Assembly (NCBI GenBank): GCA_902825845.1 | Contig: CADECM010000017.1 | Coordinates: forward strand, 3,077-67,076 | Reading direction: 5' to 3' | DNA from: an uncultured beta proteobacterium | GTDB lineage: Bacteria > Pseudomonadota > Gammaproteobacteria > Burkholderiales > SG8-41 | Length of the DNA: 64,000 nucleotides | Shown here: in pieces, positions 53,468 through 63,235 of the stretch | Numbering within the stretch: position 1 is the first letter of the stretch | How the letters are laid out: each line of letters begins with the position of its first letter | The notes under the pieces: generated by a model | Told to the model about the DNA's origin: nothing | What the model saw: the letters and a program-made list of their open reading frames with translations, nothing else | Database searches by the model: none | Made by a program: the position numbers and the translations under genes

Positions 53468-54298
53468 TCAGGCCGTCTTTTTCCTGACCACTTGCAGCAA
53501 ATGCATGCGCCGGCTGTCGGCGCGCAGCACCTTGAACGACAGGTTGTCGAAGCTGATCTGCTCGCCGCGCTTGGGAATGCGGCCAAAGCGCTTGAGCACC
53601 AGGCCGCCGATGGTGTCGAATTCGGCGTCGTCGTAGTTTGTTCCAAAAAATTCATTAAAATCAGATACTTCCGTGAGGGCCTTGACGCGGTACTGGCCGC
53701 CGCGTTCTTCGACGATTTTTTCGTCGATGTCATCGGTGTCGTGCTCATCCTCGATGTCGCCGACGATTTGTTCGAGCACGTCCTCGATCGTCACCAGTCC
53801 GGCCACGCCGCCGTATTCGTCGACCACGATGGCGATGTGATTGCGGTTGACGCGAAATTCCTTGAGCAACACATTCAGCGGTTTGGATTCGGGAATGAAC
53901 ACCGCGGGCCGCAGCATCTCGCGCACATTGAATTCTTCCTCGCCCGCGTAGTAACGCAGCAGATCCTTGGCGAGCAGGATGCCGATCACGTTGTCCTTGT
54001 TGTCGCCGATCACCGGAAAGCGCGAGTGCGCGGTCTGGATCACCCACGGGATAAACTGTGTCGGTGATTCGCCGATGTCGATCACGTCCATTTGCGAGCG
54101 CGGGATCATGATGTCGCGCGCCTGCATTTCCGATACCTGCAGCACGCCTTCGATCATCGCCAGCGCGTCCGCATCGAGCAGGCTGCGCTCGTACGCCGAG
54201 TGCAGCAGCTGCAGCAACTGCTCCCGGTCCTCCGGCTCGCGCATGAGAAATGCGGAGATGCGGTCAAGTACCGAGGGCTTATCGTTGGCGGTGGACAT
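53468..54298 (-). CDS. corC: CBS-pair/CorC_HlyC domain magnesium-cobalt efflux protein
   Basis: 276 aa with a CBS pair (ARDIMIPRSQM...) and a C-terminal transporter-associated domain (FDTIGGLVLKRFGRIPKRGE). Confidence 0.9.
   Translation of the reverse strand: MSTANDKPSVLDRISAFLMREPEDREQLLQLLHSAYERSLLDADALAMIEGVLQVSEMQARDIMIPRSQMDVIDIGESPTQFIPWVIQTAHSRFPVIGDNKDNVIGILLAKDLLRYYAGEEEFNVREMLRPAVFIPESKPLNVLLKEFRVNRNHIAIVVDEYGGVAGLVTIEDVLEQIVGDIEDEHDTDDIDEKIVEERGGQYRVKALTEVSDFNEFFGTNYDDAEFDTIGGLVLKRFGRIPKRGEQISFDNLSFKVLRADSRRMHLLQVVRKKTA
53645..53672 (+). repeat. AT-rich motif copy S18 embedded in-frame in corC
   Basis: AAAAAATTCATTAAAATCAGATACTTCC; the coding strand reads gaa gta tct gat ttt aat gaa ttt ttt gga = EVSDFNEFFG. 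Confidence 0.6.
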
Positions 54299-54333
54299 AG
54301 GGTTTGACGCGCAGGGCGGCAGCCGAAAGCAGC

Positions 54334-54807
54334 TTACCGGCCGGGCCGGTTGCCGGCCCCCCGTCCTGCAACATAGGGATCAGCATACCCCATTTTCGCC
54401 AGAATCTGCGTTTCGCGCTGCTCCATGACTTTCGCGTCCGCGCGCAATTCGTGGTCGTAACCCTGCAAATGCAAAGTGCCATGCACCGTCAGGTGCGCGT
54501 AGTGCGCCGCGAGCGTTTTGTGCCGCGCGCGTGCTTCGCGCGCAACGACCGGTGCGCACAAGGCAAGATCGCCTTCGAACGGCGCCTGCCCGCTGAATAC
54601 AAACGTCAGCACGTTGGTGGCGTAATCCTTTTGGCGATAAGTGCGGTTCAGCACGCGCCCCTCACCGAGGCCAACGAGACGTATCGTGACCGCTGCATCG
54701 TGTTCCAGCGCCGCGCGCACCCATTTCCTGAATTGTGCCCGCGATGGCAAGCCGCGGGCCGACACGGCATACTGTACCGCGAGGCTCAGCCGGACCGCGG
54801 CCGTCAT
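54334..54807 (-). CDS. ybeY: rRNA maturation endoribonuclease YbeY
   Basis: HGTLHLQGYDH zinc motif. Confidence 0.95.
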   Translation of the reverse strand: MTAAVRLSLAVQYAVSARGLPSRAQFRKWVRAALEHDAAVTIRLVGLGEGRVLNRTYRQKDYATNVLTFVFSGQAPFEGDLALCAPVVAREARARHKTLAAHYAHLTVHGTLHLQGYDHELRADAKVMEQRETQILAKMGYADPYVAGRGAGNRPGR

Positions 54808-55796
54808 TGCCGCGGTTCATGTTCTGGTGTCGTGGCTTCGGCGCTTTTGCGCGGCTTGCGGCCTTCATAGGCGTTGACAATGCGCTGCACCAGCGGATGG
54901 CGCACCACGTCTTCAGCGCCAAAGTAGGTGAATGCGATGCCGCGCACGGTTTTCAGAATCTCGTGCGCGTCGATGAGCCCGCTTTTTTGCCCGCGTGCGA
55001 GATCGATCTGCGTCACGTCGCCGGTCACCACCACGCGGCTGCCGAAGCCGATGCGCGTCAAAAACATTTTCATCTGTTCGGGCGTGGTGTTCTGCGCTTC
55101 ATCGAGGATCACAAACGCATGGTTCAGCGTGCGCCCGCGCATGAAGGCCAGCGGCGCGACCTCGATCGCGCCGCGCTCGAACATTTTGGCAACGCGGTCG
55201 TAGCCCATCAGATCGTACAGCGCGTCGTACAGCGGGCGCAGGTACGGATCGACCTTTTGCGCCATATCGCCCGGCAAAAAGCCCAGGCGTTCGCCGGCTT
55301 CCACTGCCGGCCGCACCAGCACCAGACGCTTCACTGCATCGCGCTCGAAAGCGTCCACGGCGCAGGCCACCGCGAGATACGTCTTGCCGGTGCCGGCGGG
55401 TCCGATGCCGAAGGTGATGTCGTGGGTCTGGATTTTCTTCAGGTACTCGACCTGATGCGGCGTGCGGCCCTGCAGATCGGCGCGGCGCGTGATCAGCACC
55501 GGTTCGCCGGTTGCGCTGTGCGTGCCGGGCATGTGCGCCGCCTGCACCAGACCCAGCTGCAGGTCCTCGGGATTGAGCGCGTGCGTCGCCTTGCCGTAAA
55601 ACGATTCCAGCACACGCGCGGCGACCCTGGTTTTGTCGGCCGCGCCGGTCACCGTGAAATGTTCGCCGCGGCGCGTGATCGCGACTTCGCAGGCGCTTTC
55701 GATCTGGCGCAGATTCTGGTCGAGTGCGCCGCACAGATTGGCCAGCCGCTGATTGTTGACTGGCGTAAAGCTTATATCCACATTATTGTTTTTCAA
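54804..55796 (-). CDS. phoH: PhoH-family ATPase (YbeZ)
   Basis: Walker [13 protein letters not shown] and [11 protein letters not shown]. It overlaps ybeY by 4 nt. Confidence 0.9.
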   Translation of the reverse strand: MKNNNVDISFTPVNNQRLANLCGALDQNLRQIESACEVAITRRGEHFTVTGAADKTRVAARVLESFYGKATHALNPEDLQLGLVQAAHMPGTHSATGEPVLITRRADLQGRTPHQVEYLKKIQTHDITFGIGPAGTGKTYLAVACAVDAFERDAVKRLVLVRPAVEAGERLGFLPGDMAQKVDPYLRPLYDALYDLMGYDRVAKMFERGAIEVAPLAFMRGRTLNHAFVILDEAQNTTPEQMKMFLTRIGFGSRVVVTGDVTQIDLARGQKSGLIDAHEILKTVRGIAFTYFGAEDVVRHPLVQRIVNAYEGRKPRKSAEATTPEHEPRQ

Positions 55797-55802
55797 GTAT
55801 TT

Positions 55803-57152
55803 TCAGCCAACAGCCTGGTTGCTCCCGGTGAGTACACCGCGCAATGAATAGTGCAGCGCTTCGGTAATTGTAACCTCGGTGAAGCGATTGATCAGCGATT
55901 CGTGCCCGTCAAAATTGACCACGCGGTTGTTGTCGGTGCGGCCGGCGAGTTGCTTGTTGCCGTTGCCGGCCCGCCGCGCATGGCCCGTCACCAGCACGCG
56001 TTGACGCGTGCCGACCATCGCGCGGCTGTACCCCTGCGATTGCCCGTCGATGGTGGCCTGCAGGCGCTGCAAGCGCGCGGATTTCTCTGCCTGAGGCAGG
56101 TCATCGGGCAGATTGGCCGCCGGCGTGCCCGGGCGGCGGCTGTAGATAAAACTGAACGCGCCATCGAATTTGATGTCCTCGATCAGGCGCATTGTCGCCT
56201 CGAAATCGTCGGCGGTTTCGCCCGGAAAGCCGACAATGAAGTCGGACGAGATCGAAATTTGCGGGCGCACCGCGCGCAAACGGCGCACGATGGATTTGAA
56301 CTCCAGCGCGGTGTAGCCCCGTTTCATCGCCGCCAGCACGCGATCCGACCCCGCCTGCACCGGCAGATGCACTTGATCGACCAGCGATGGAATTTTGGCG
56401 TAGGCGTCGATCAGCCGCTGTGTGAATTCCTTCGGATGCGAGGTGGTGTAGCGGATGCGTTCGATCCCCGGAATTTCCGCGACATACTCCAGCAGCAGCG
56501 CGAAATCCGCGTCGTCCCCGTCTTCCGTCCGCGCACGGTAGGCGTTGACGTTTTGTCCCAGTAGCGTGATCTCCTGGACGCCCTGCAACGCGAGTTCGGC
56601 CACTTCACCGAGCACGCTGTCGAACGAACGCGACACCTCCTCGCCGCGCGTGTACGGCACCACGCAGAACGCGCAGTATTTGCTGCAACCCTCCATGATC
56701 GACACGAACGCGGCCGCGCCTTCGACACGCGCGGGCGGCAGGTGGTCGAATTTCTCAACTTCCGGAAACGCGATGTCCACCTGCGGCTTGCCGCTCGCGC
56801 GCCGCGCCTCGATCAACTGCGGCAGGCGGTGCAGGGTTTGCGGACCGAAAACCATGTCCACGTACGGCGCGCGCGCGATGATCGCCGCGCCTTCCTGGCT
56901 CGCGACACAGCCGCCGACGCCGATCAGTACATGAGGATTGTCGCGTTTGAATTGGCGCACGCGCCCCAGATCATGAAACACCTTTTCCTGGGCTTTTTCG
57001 CGCACCGAGCAGGTGTTAAACAGAATGACCGCGGCGTCAGCAGGGTTCCCGGTCGGCTCCAGCCCGTGCGCTGCGCGCAGCACGTCCGCCATCTTGTCCG
57101 AGTCATACTCGTTCATCTGGCAGCCGAAGGTCTTGATATAGACTTTCGCCAA
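55803..57152 (-). CDS. miaB: tRNA-i6A37 methylthiotransferase MiaB
   Basis: [16 protein letters not shown], the radical-SAM motif [11 protein letters not shown] and a TRAM C-terminus. The track ORF runs to 57263, but it would overlap the upstream gene; TTG at 57152 ([11 protein letters not shown]) is the probable start. Confidence 0.9.
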   Translation of the reverse strand: MAKVYIKTFGCQMNEYDSDKMADVLRAAHGLEPTGNPADAAVILFNTCSVREKAQEKVFHDLGRVRQFKRDNPHVLIGVGGCVASQEGAAIIARAPYVDMVFGPQTLHRLPQLIEARRASGKPQVDIAFPEVEKFDHLPPARVEGAAAFVSIMEGCSKYCAFCVVPYTRGEEVSRSFDSVLGEVAELALQGVQEITLLGQNVNAYRARTEDGDDADFALLLEYVAEIPGIERIRYTTSHPKEFTQRLIDAYAKIPSLVDQVHLPVQAGSDRVLAAMKRGYTALEFKSIVRRLRAVRPQISISSDFIVGFPGETADDFEATMRLIEDIKFDGAFSFIYSRRPGTPAANLPDDLPQAEKSARLQRLQATIDGQSQGYSRAMVGTRQRVLVTGHARRAGNGNKQLAGRTDNNRVVNFDGHESLINRFTEVTITEALHYSLRGVLTGSNQAVG

Positions 57153-57186
57153 GCAACCGCTCTTAGTTTGCCGGGGTTGACACGAG

Positions 57187-57531
57187 TCAGTACTTGCCCT
57201 GATCGAGGCGCGTTTGTTCTTCCGGTCGCAGGACGTAAATGCGCTGTACTTCGCCGCCGGCATTCAACTGGTACCAAATATCGGCACCCGCCGGAAGGCT
57301 GCCATGGAGAATGGTCCGGTTGTTGGCGTCGAAAATCAGCCCGCCGGGCGCAAGTCGCAGGGTTTCGCGATTGATGGTGATCAGTGGCAGCGGCTGATTC
57401 GCGCCCGTGGTGCCGCGTTTGCCGGCGGCCGGCAGGAAGCGAATCTGCTGCGCGCCGGCGGGTTGCGACGGCAGCAAGGTCGCGCCTGCGCCGAAAATGG
57501 ATAAGGTGAGCAAAAGCAATAGTTTAGACAT
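57187..57531 (-). CDS. hypothetical secreted protein
   Basis: 114 aa with the signal peptide [27 protein letters not shown]. No family was recognised. Confidence 0.5.
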   Translation of the reverse strand: MSKLLLLLTLSIFGAGATLLPSQPAGAQQIRFLPAAGKRGTTGANQPLPLITINRETLRLAPGGLIFDANNRTILHGSLPAGADIWYQLNAGGEVQRIYVLRPEEQTRLDQGKY

Positions 57532-57676
57532 GCTTCACCATAGCATAGACCGGATCGAAGGCGCAAACCGCGGTGCGGTTGCCGCCAAGGCACCAGGCCC
57601 GGAAAATAGCTACGTACGATTACCTAAAATCGCGCAATATTGTGTCGCCACGCTGGGGCTGTGGGACAATTTCCGT

Positions 57677-59305
57677 ATGGAAAAGGCGATTTCACGGTTC
57701 GAGGTGCCGAAGGCCACGGTCGCGCTCGCCGACTCCAAGCGCATGATCGTAGCAGTCGTATTCTGTGCCCTTTACGTTGCGCTGGATTGGTTGACCTACG
57801 TATTTCCAGCGCGATTCGGTGTTACACCGTTCAACCCGGAGTCGGCCGTTGCCATCGCCGTGTTGATGTTTTGTGGCATCCGTTTTGTGCCGCTGGTGTT
57901 CCTGGCCGTGGTGATCGGTGAGTATGCGTTGCCGGCGACGACACGGCCGCCGCTGCTGATTGTGATCAACAGCGGTGTGGTTACCCTGGGCTACGTGGCC
58001 GTCGCGCAGATCCTGTCGCGCTATTTCCGCATGCGCGTCGAGTTTGAAAATCGTCAAGATGTGTTGCAGCTGATGGGTGTCACGCTTGCGTGCATGCTGG
58101 TTTGCGGCATTATCTATGTCGGCGTGCTGATTGCCTTCGGTATCGGGCCGGCGGACCGCTACTATCAGGGCGCGCGCCGCTTTTTCATCGGCTACAGCGC
58201 CAGCACGCTGGTGGCGGCGCCGTTGCTGTTCATGCTGTTTTCGCAGAAGCGGCGCGTGCAGTTCGCCGACTATCTGCGCTCGCCCGAGGCATGGATGCAG
58301 GTCGCGACGGTGGCTGCCTGCATCTGGTGGGTTTATTGGCAGGAACAGCGTGACCATGTGCGCTATTTCTACGTGCAGTTTTTGCCGCTGATCTGGGCGG
58401 CAACGCGCTTTGGCATGGTGGGCGCGACGAGCGTGCTGGCGTTGATCCAGACCGGCATGTTTCTCGTGCTGTTCTTCGGCGGCTACAAGCCGTTGTCGGT
58501 ATTCGAACTGCAGTTGTTGTTGATCGCGCTGGCGATAACCGGCCTGCTGCTCGGCGTATCGGTTGACGAACAACGGCGCTCGGCGTCGGAATTACGCGAG
58601 ACGCTGAAGCTCGCGGCCGCCGGAGAAATGGCCGCCGCCATAACCCATGAAATCAACCAGCCGCTGACCGCGCTGAGCGGCTACGCCACGGCGGGTCTGT
58701 TGATCGCGGCTTCGCCCAGTCCCGACCACGGCCAGCTGAGCGACACCATGCGCAAGCTGATCGAGGAGTCCAAGCGCGCCTCGGCGGTGGTGCGCCGGCT
58801 GCGCGATTTCTTTACGTCGGGGGTGACGCAACTGGAGCGAATCGACCTGAAAGCGCGCGTGTCGCAGGTGATGGACGGGCTGCGCGCGAAGGCCGATGCG
58901 GCGAATGTCACGCTGGCATTGCGCGCTTTCGGTGACGCGCCGGTGCTCGCCGACGTGCTGCAGATTGAAGTGGTGTTGCGCAACCTGCTGATGAATGCCA
59001 TTGAAAGCGCGGCCAGCGGCAGGAGCAGCGGCGGCTGCGTGACGGTGGAAATCGAGACCAATGCGGCCGGCGAAGTGGTGTTGGCCGTGCGTGACAACGG
59101 CGCCGGAATAGGCGAGGCGGATCTGCATCGCGTGTTCGATTCGTTCGTGACGACCAAGTCCACCGGCATGGGGATGGGGCTTGCCATCAGCCGGGCCATA
59201 GTCGATGCGCATGGCGGGCGCATCTGGGCGGTGCCCGGCACATCGGGGTTATTTTGTTTTGCGCTGCCGCTCGAACCGCCATCGGGCGCGGCACGTTTGG
59301 ACTAA
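57677..59305 (+). CDS. sensor histidine kinase with MASE1-like membrane domain
   Basis: Start MEKAISRF. Membrane domain YVALDWLTYVFPARFGVTPFNPESAVAIA, H-box ITHEINQPLTAL, N-box LLMNAIES and G-boxes DNGAGI, GMGMGLAIS. Confidence 0.85.
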   Translation: MEKAISRFEVPKATVALADSKRMIVAVVFCALYVALDWLTYVFPARFGVTPFNPESAVAIAVLMFCGIRFVPLVFLAVVIGEYALPATTRPPLLIVINSGVVTLGYVAVAQILSRYFRMRVEFENRQDVLQLMGVTLACMLVCGIIYVGVLIAFGIGPADRYYQGARRFFIGYSASTLVAAPLLFMLFSQKRRVQFADYLRSPEAWMQVATVAACIWWVYWQEQRDHVRYFYVQFLPLIWAATRFGMVGATSVLALIQTGMFLVLFFGGYKPLSVFELQLLLIALAITGLLLGVSVDEQRRSASELRETLKLAAAGEMAAAITHEINQPLTALSGYATAGLLIAASPSPDHGQLSDTMRKLIEESKRASAVVRRLRDFFTSGVTQLERIDLKARVSQVMDGLRAKADAANVTLALRAFGDAPVLADVLQIEVVLRNLLMNAIESAASGRSSGGCVTVEIETNAAGEVVLAVRDNGAGIGEADLHRVFDSFVTTKSTGMGMGLAISRAIVDAHGGRIWAVPGTSGLFCFALPLEPPSGAARLD

Positions 59306-59318
59306 CGAGGAGGAAATC

Positions 59319-59948
59319 ATGCAAAATTACAAGGAAAATCAGCGTGCGCAACTGACGGTGTACGTGGTCGATGACGATCCGGCGATACGCGATTCGCTAT
59401 CGCTGGCGTTAAGTTTGCGCGGTTATCACATCGCGCAGTTTGCCAGCGCGGAGGATTTCCTCAACGCCTATGATGCGGCGTGGGCCGGCTGCGTGGTCGC
59501 GGACATACGCATGCCGGGCATGAGCGGACTGCAGATGCAGGCCGCGCTCTCCGACCTGGGATCGAAGTTGCCGGTGGTCATTATCACCGGCCATGGTGAT
59601 GTGGGCTCCGCGCGCGCCGCGTTTCGCGGGCGCGCGATCGACTTTCTTGAAAAACCGTTTGATGATGAGAGTCTGGTCAGCGCCATCGAAACCGCGTTCG
59701 AACATGAACTCGGGCGCATTAATGACCAAGCCGGCATGGCGCGCCAGGAGGCCATGCTGTCGTCGCTATCGCCGCGCGAGCGCGAAGTGATGAAATTTCT
59801 GCTTCGCGGGATGCACGCGCGGGAGATCGGCGAAGCGCTGGGCATCAGCCACCGTACGGTGGAGGTGCATAAGGCGCATATCATGGAGAAAATGGGCGTG
59901 CGCAGTGTGGTGGAGATCGTGCGCCTGACCGCCGGCATGCCGCAATAG
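59319..59948 (+). CDS. FixJ/NarL (LuxR-type HTH) response regulator
   Basis: GAGGAGG RBS. VYVVDDDPAIRDSL...VADIRMPGMSG and C-terminal LSPREREVMKFLLRGMHAREIGEALGISHRTVEVHKAHIMEKMG. Confidence 0.9.
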   Translation: MQNYKENQRAQLTVYVVDDDPAIRDSLSLALSLRGYHIAQFASAEDFLNAYDAAWAGCVVADIRMPGMSGLQMQAALSDLGSKLPVVIITGHGDVGSARAAFRGRAIDFLEKPFDDESLVSAIETAFEHELGRINDQAGMARQEAMLSSLSPREREVMKFLLRGMHAREIGEALGISHRTVEVHKAHIMEKMGVRSVVEIVRLTAGMPQ

Positions 59949-59993
59949 CCGCCGGCTGCGGACGCGTCGTCGCTGAACCATGCCGGCAGCGAC

Positions 59994-60359
59994 GTGTTGC
60001 GGACCATGGGCCGCGCGGCGGCGGCGCTACGCCTGGAATCGCTGCCACCCACCATGTTGCAGACTGCGCGCCAGCGCATGCGCATTACGCAAGACGAGGA
60101 TTACGAGGCGCAATATCTTGCGCGCAATCTCGCGCGCGTGACCGTAGAACTGCGCAACGGCACTGCCTGCAGCCGCGAAGTCGGCCTCAGCGGGATCAGG
60201 CGCCATCTGACACCGTCGGACGCCGATATCGAACCAAGATTCCGCATGATCGCCACGCCGGTGCCGGGGCGGACAAAGACCGAAGCGGCGACCGCTTTGG
60301 CGTGGCGTTTGGAAACGTTGCGCGATTTGAGCGAGCTGCTGCAGGGGCTGCAGCCGTGA
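59994..60359 (+). pseudogene. possible remnant: C-terminal fragment of an MmgE/PrpD-family protein
   Basis: 121-aa ORF. VTVELRNGTACSREVGLSGIRRHLTPSDADIEPRFRMIATPVPGRTKTEAATALAWRLETLRDLSELL resembles the last ~90 aa of ~450-aa PrpD-family proteins. No N-terminal part is present upstream. Confidence 0.35.
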
Positions 60360-60390
60360 GGTTGCCGCGCTAGGTCCCCGCGGAGGTTGT

Positions 60391-60422
60391 GTAATTTATT
60401 GATTTTAAACAATTGTTTTATG
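60391..60422 (-). repeat. AT-rich motif copy S19
   Basis: GTAATTTATTGATTTTAAACAATTGTTTTATG. Its reverse complement has an exact AATCAATAAATTA. It lies ~60 nt upstream of the tRNA. Confidence 0.65.
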
Positions 60423-60481
60423 ATGGCGCCGTTTCCCCAATTGACAAGCTACCGCCAAATCCGGACAATCCCGCGCTCTTC

Positions 60482-60558
60482 GGTGATATAGCTCAGGTGG
60501 TTAGAGCGCAGCACTCATAACGCTGAGGTCGGTGGTTCAAATCCACCTATCACCACCA
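60482..60558 (+). tRNA. tRNA-Met (anticodon CAT); tRNA-Ile2(k2C) not excluded
   Basis: Manual cloverleaf: GGTGATA/TATCACC acceptor, GCTC/GAGC D stem, CAGCA-CTCATAA-CGCTG anticodon arm (one A.C mismatch), GGTGG-TTCAAAT-CCACC T arm and an encoded CCA. It is not an initiator (G1-C72, no GGG/CCC stem). Confidence 0.9.
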
Positions 60559-60580
60559 CTTAATTTTCTGGCAGAAACTG

Positions 60581-60608
60581 AAAAACCAGCGCATGCTGGT
60601 TTTTTTTC
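60581..60608 (+). terminator. rho-independent terminator after the tRNA
   Basis: AAAAACCAGCgcatGCTGGTTTTTTTT. Confidence 0.85.
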
Positions 60609-60626
60609 GTGAAGCATCGCCCACCG

Positions 60627-61793
60627 ATGATGGAATCGTGCGACGTCGTAATTGCCGGTGCGGGCCTGGTCGGCGCAACCCTCGCGCTGGCGCTGGGCGA
60701 TGCCGGACTCAGTGTCACGCTGATCGAGCCGCGCGCGCCAGCGGTGTATGACGACCGCTGGGATCGCCGCATCTACGCTGTCAGCCCGGGTTCGGCGGCG
60801 TTGCTGGCGCAAGTGGGTGCGTGGCAGGGCATGGCCGCAGAGCGTGTGGCGCGGGTGGAAACCATGCGCATTTTCGGCGACGCGCCCGGCGCGAGCCTGG
60901 CATTCAGCGCCTATGACGCAGGTCTGGGCGAACTCGCGTTTATTGCGGAAAGCGGCCGCATGCAGGCCGCGCTGTGGCAGTGCCTCGCGCGCGCGCCGCA
61001 TGTGCGGATACTGTGTCCGGCGCAATGCGTGGCGTTGCGTCTGCACGAGGCTTGCGCGGAAATGGAGTTCGACAGCGGCACGATACTGCGCGCGCAACTG
61101 GTGGTGGGCGCTGACGGCGCACAGTCCTGGGTGCGCGAGCAGGCCGGCATTCGCGTGGCCGAGTATGACTACGGGCAGTGCGGCGTGGTGGCGAATTTTT
61201 CGTGCGCGCTGCCGCATCGGGATACCGCGCATCAGTGGTTCCGCGCCGATGGCGTGCTGGCGCTCCTGCCGCTGCCCGGCAATCGTGTTTCGATGGTGTG
61301 GTCGACCGCCGAGGCGCATGCGCGGGAATTGCTTGCCCTCGATGCCGCCGCGCTGGCGTCGCGCGTCGGCGACGCCGGCAATGGCGTGGTGGGCGCACTG
61401 CAGGTGATTACGCCGCCTGCATCGTTCCCGCTGAAAATGCAGCGGGTTGCGCAATTTGTCGCGCCGCGCCTTGCGCTGGTGGGCGACGCTGCACATAATG
61501 TGCACCCGCTTGCGGGGCAGGGCGTCAATCTGGGCTTCCGCGATGCGCGCGAATTGGCGGCGGTATTGCGCCGGCGCGGTGCGCAGCATGATTGCGGCGA
61601 TTTGGCCCTGTTGCGGCGTTACGAGCGGGCGCGCAGGGAAGATGTATTGAGCATGCAGCTGGCGACTGACGGATTGCAGAAACTATTCGCTTCGCGTGCG
61701 GTCTGGTTGTCACAGGCGCGCAATCTGGGGATGCGAATTATACAAAGCCGCCACAGGCTCAAAAATTTGCTGGTGAAACACGCGGTGGCCTGA
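60627..61793 (+). CDS. UbiH/UbiF/VisC-family FAD-dependent ubiquinone hydroxylase
   Basis: MMESCDVVIAGAGLVGATLALAL (GxGxxG), LVVGADGAQSWVR and LVGDAAHNVHPLAGQGVNLGFRD. The track start at 60609 sits inside the terminator T-tract, so ATG 60627 is preferred. Confidence 0.85.
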   Translation: MMESCDVVIAGAGLVGATLALALGDAGLSVTLIEPRAPAVYDDRWDRRIYAVSPGSAALLAQVGAWQGMAAERVARVETMRIFGDAPGASLAFSAYDAGLGELAFIAESGRMQAALWQCLARAPHVRILCPAQCVALRLHEACAEMEFDSGTILRAQLVVGADGAQSWVREQAGIRVAEYDYGQCGVVANFSCALPHRDTAHQWFRADGVLALLPLPGNRVSMVWSTAEAHARELLALDAAALASRVGDAGNGVVGALQVITPPASFPLKMQRVAQFVAPRLALVGDAAHNVHPLAGQGVNLGFRDARELAAVLRRRGAQHDCGDLALLRRYERARREDVLSMQLATDGLQKLFASRAVWLSQARNLGMRIIQSRHRLKNLLVKHAVA

Positions 61794-61853
61794 TGCTCGC
61801 AACGTGTGCCGTGCCGCGATGACGCGAACGGACTACTGTTTAAGGGAATGTTT

Positions 61854-62570
61854 ATGATCAAGCGATGGGTTCTGGTGCTGGCGGCCATGCTGGCGCTGGT
61901 TTCAAGCGGCGCGCGCGCGCAGGGTGCGGAAGACGCCCAGTTGCGCAAGGTGCTGCAGGGCAAATTCCCGCAGATGACGGTGGATTCGATCACCCGCATG
62001 CCATTCGGCGGGTTGTTCGAAGTGATTCTCAGCGGCGAAATCGTTTATACCGATGCCAAGGCGGAATATCTGCTGGGCGGCACCCTCTACGATTTGCGCG
62101 CGGAGCAGCCGCGCAACGTGACGCAGGAGACACAACAAAAGATTGCGGCCAGGACGCTCACCTCGTCACACGAGAATGCCATCAAGATGGTTCGCGGCAA
62201 TGGCAAGCGCGTGCTCTACACGTTTGAGGATCCGAACTGCGGCTATTGCCGCAAGCTCTACCAGGAGCTGGCCAAGATGAACAACATTACGGTCTATACC
62301 TATCTGGTTCCGATTCTCTCGCCGGATTCCGCGGACAAATCGCGCGCGATCTGGTGCGCGAAGGACCGTGCCAAGGCGTGGGATCAGATGATGGTCAAGG
62401 GTGCGGTGGCGGAAAAATCCAAGCCCTGCGATGCCCCTCTGGAAAAAAACGCATTGGCGGCGAAACGGCTGAACATCACCGGCACGCCGGCCGTCTATCT
62501 CGCCAACGGCCAGCAGTTGGGCGGCTATCTGCCGGCGGACAAGATCGAACAGGCGTTTGCCAGGAAATAG
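61854..62570 (+). CDS. periplasmic thiol:disulfide interchange protein (DsbC/DsbG family)
   Basis: Signal peptide MIKRWVLVLAAMLALVSSGARA, active site FEDPNCGYCRKL and NITGTPAVYL. Confidence 0.85.
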   Translation: MIKRWVLVLAAMLALVSSGARAQGAEDAQLRKVLQGKFPQMTVDSITRMPFGGLFEVILSGEIVYTDAKAEYLLGGTLYDLRAEQPRNVTQETQQKIAARTLTSSHENAIKMVRGNGKRVLYTFEDPNCGYCRKLYQELAKMNNITVYTYLVPILSPDSADKSRAIWCAKDRAKAWDQMMVKGAVAEKSKPCDAPLEKNALAAKRLNITGTPAVYLANGQQLGGYLPADKIEQAFARK

Positions 62571-62591
62571 CCGTCACGGTGTGAGACGCGC

Positions 62592-63233
62592 GTGCTCGAT
62601 AGCGCACAACGAAGGCTGTTGCCGGCGCTAACGGCTTCGGCGTTGCTGCATGTCTGGCTGGTGCAGACTGGTGACAGCGGCGCCGCGCGGCGCGTAACCC
62701 CCGCGGTCAGCGCGACGATGTCCGCCACGCTGCGTGTGGCGCATTCCGATTTTGGAGAGGCGCATGCGCAAGCGCGGCCCCACGAAGGTCCGCACGAAGC
62801 GCCACAGCCGCGGGAAATAACCGGCGGCGTTGCGGTCGCCGCGCATAGCGCCGCGGTCCGCGCGCGGTTACCGGGGCTTGCGCCTGCGCCGGTGGCAAAA
62901 AGTGCGACCGCCGAGAGCAGTGCCATGCCGGCCGCAGTCAGCGACCCCACCTACTATCCCGCGCTCAGCCTGGATGTGTACCCTCGCGCCCTCACGGCGC
63001 TGGATTTGGGCAGCCGGGCGCAAGCGGGCACGGTGCGCGCAACCGTGCTCATCGACGAAGCCGGCACGGTAAACGATGTGCGGGCGATCGAGGCGGGCGC
63101 CACCGAGGTCGAGAATGCAGCGCGCGAATTGCTGCTGCGCGCGCGCTTTACACCGGCCGCCAAGGATGGCCGCGCGGTCAAGGCACAGTTGCTGGTCAGT
63201 CTGGAGTATCGCGCAGGCGGCGGGCAGAACTAA
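62592..63233 (+). CDS. TonB C-terminal-domain protein
   Basis: GTG start and an N-terminal TM segment. The C-terminus YPRALTALDLGSRAQAGTVRATVLIDEAGTVNDVRAIE...ARFTPAAKDGRAVKAQLLVSLEY has a TonB_C-like fold pattern. Confidence 0.6.
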   Translation: MLDSAQRRLLPALTASALLHVWLVQTGDSGAARRVTPAVSATMSATLRVAHSDFGEAHAQARPHEGPHEAPQPREITGGVAVAAHSAAVRARLPGLAPAPVAKSATAESSAMPAAVSDPTYYPALSLDVYPRALTALDLGSRAQAGTVRATVLIDEAGTVNDVRAIEAGATEVENAARELLLRARFTPAAKDGRAVKAQLLVSLEYRAGGGQN

Positions 63234-63235
63234 TT

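Noticed and set aside
60359-60627. Genomic island or integrative element at tRNA-Met
   Set aside because: There is no integrase, no direct repeat of the tRNA 3' end and no compositional shift in the flanking genes. Only a possible gene remnant lies upstream.
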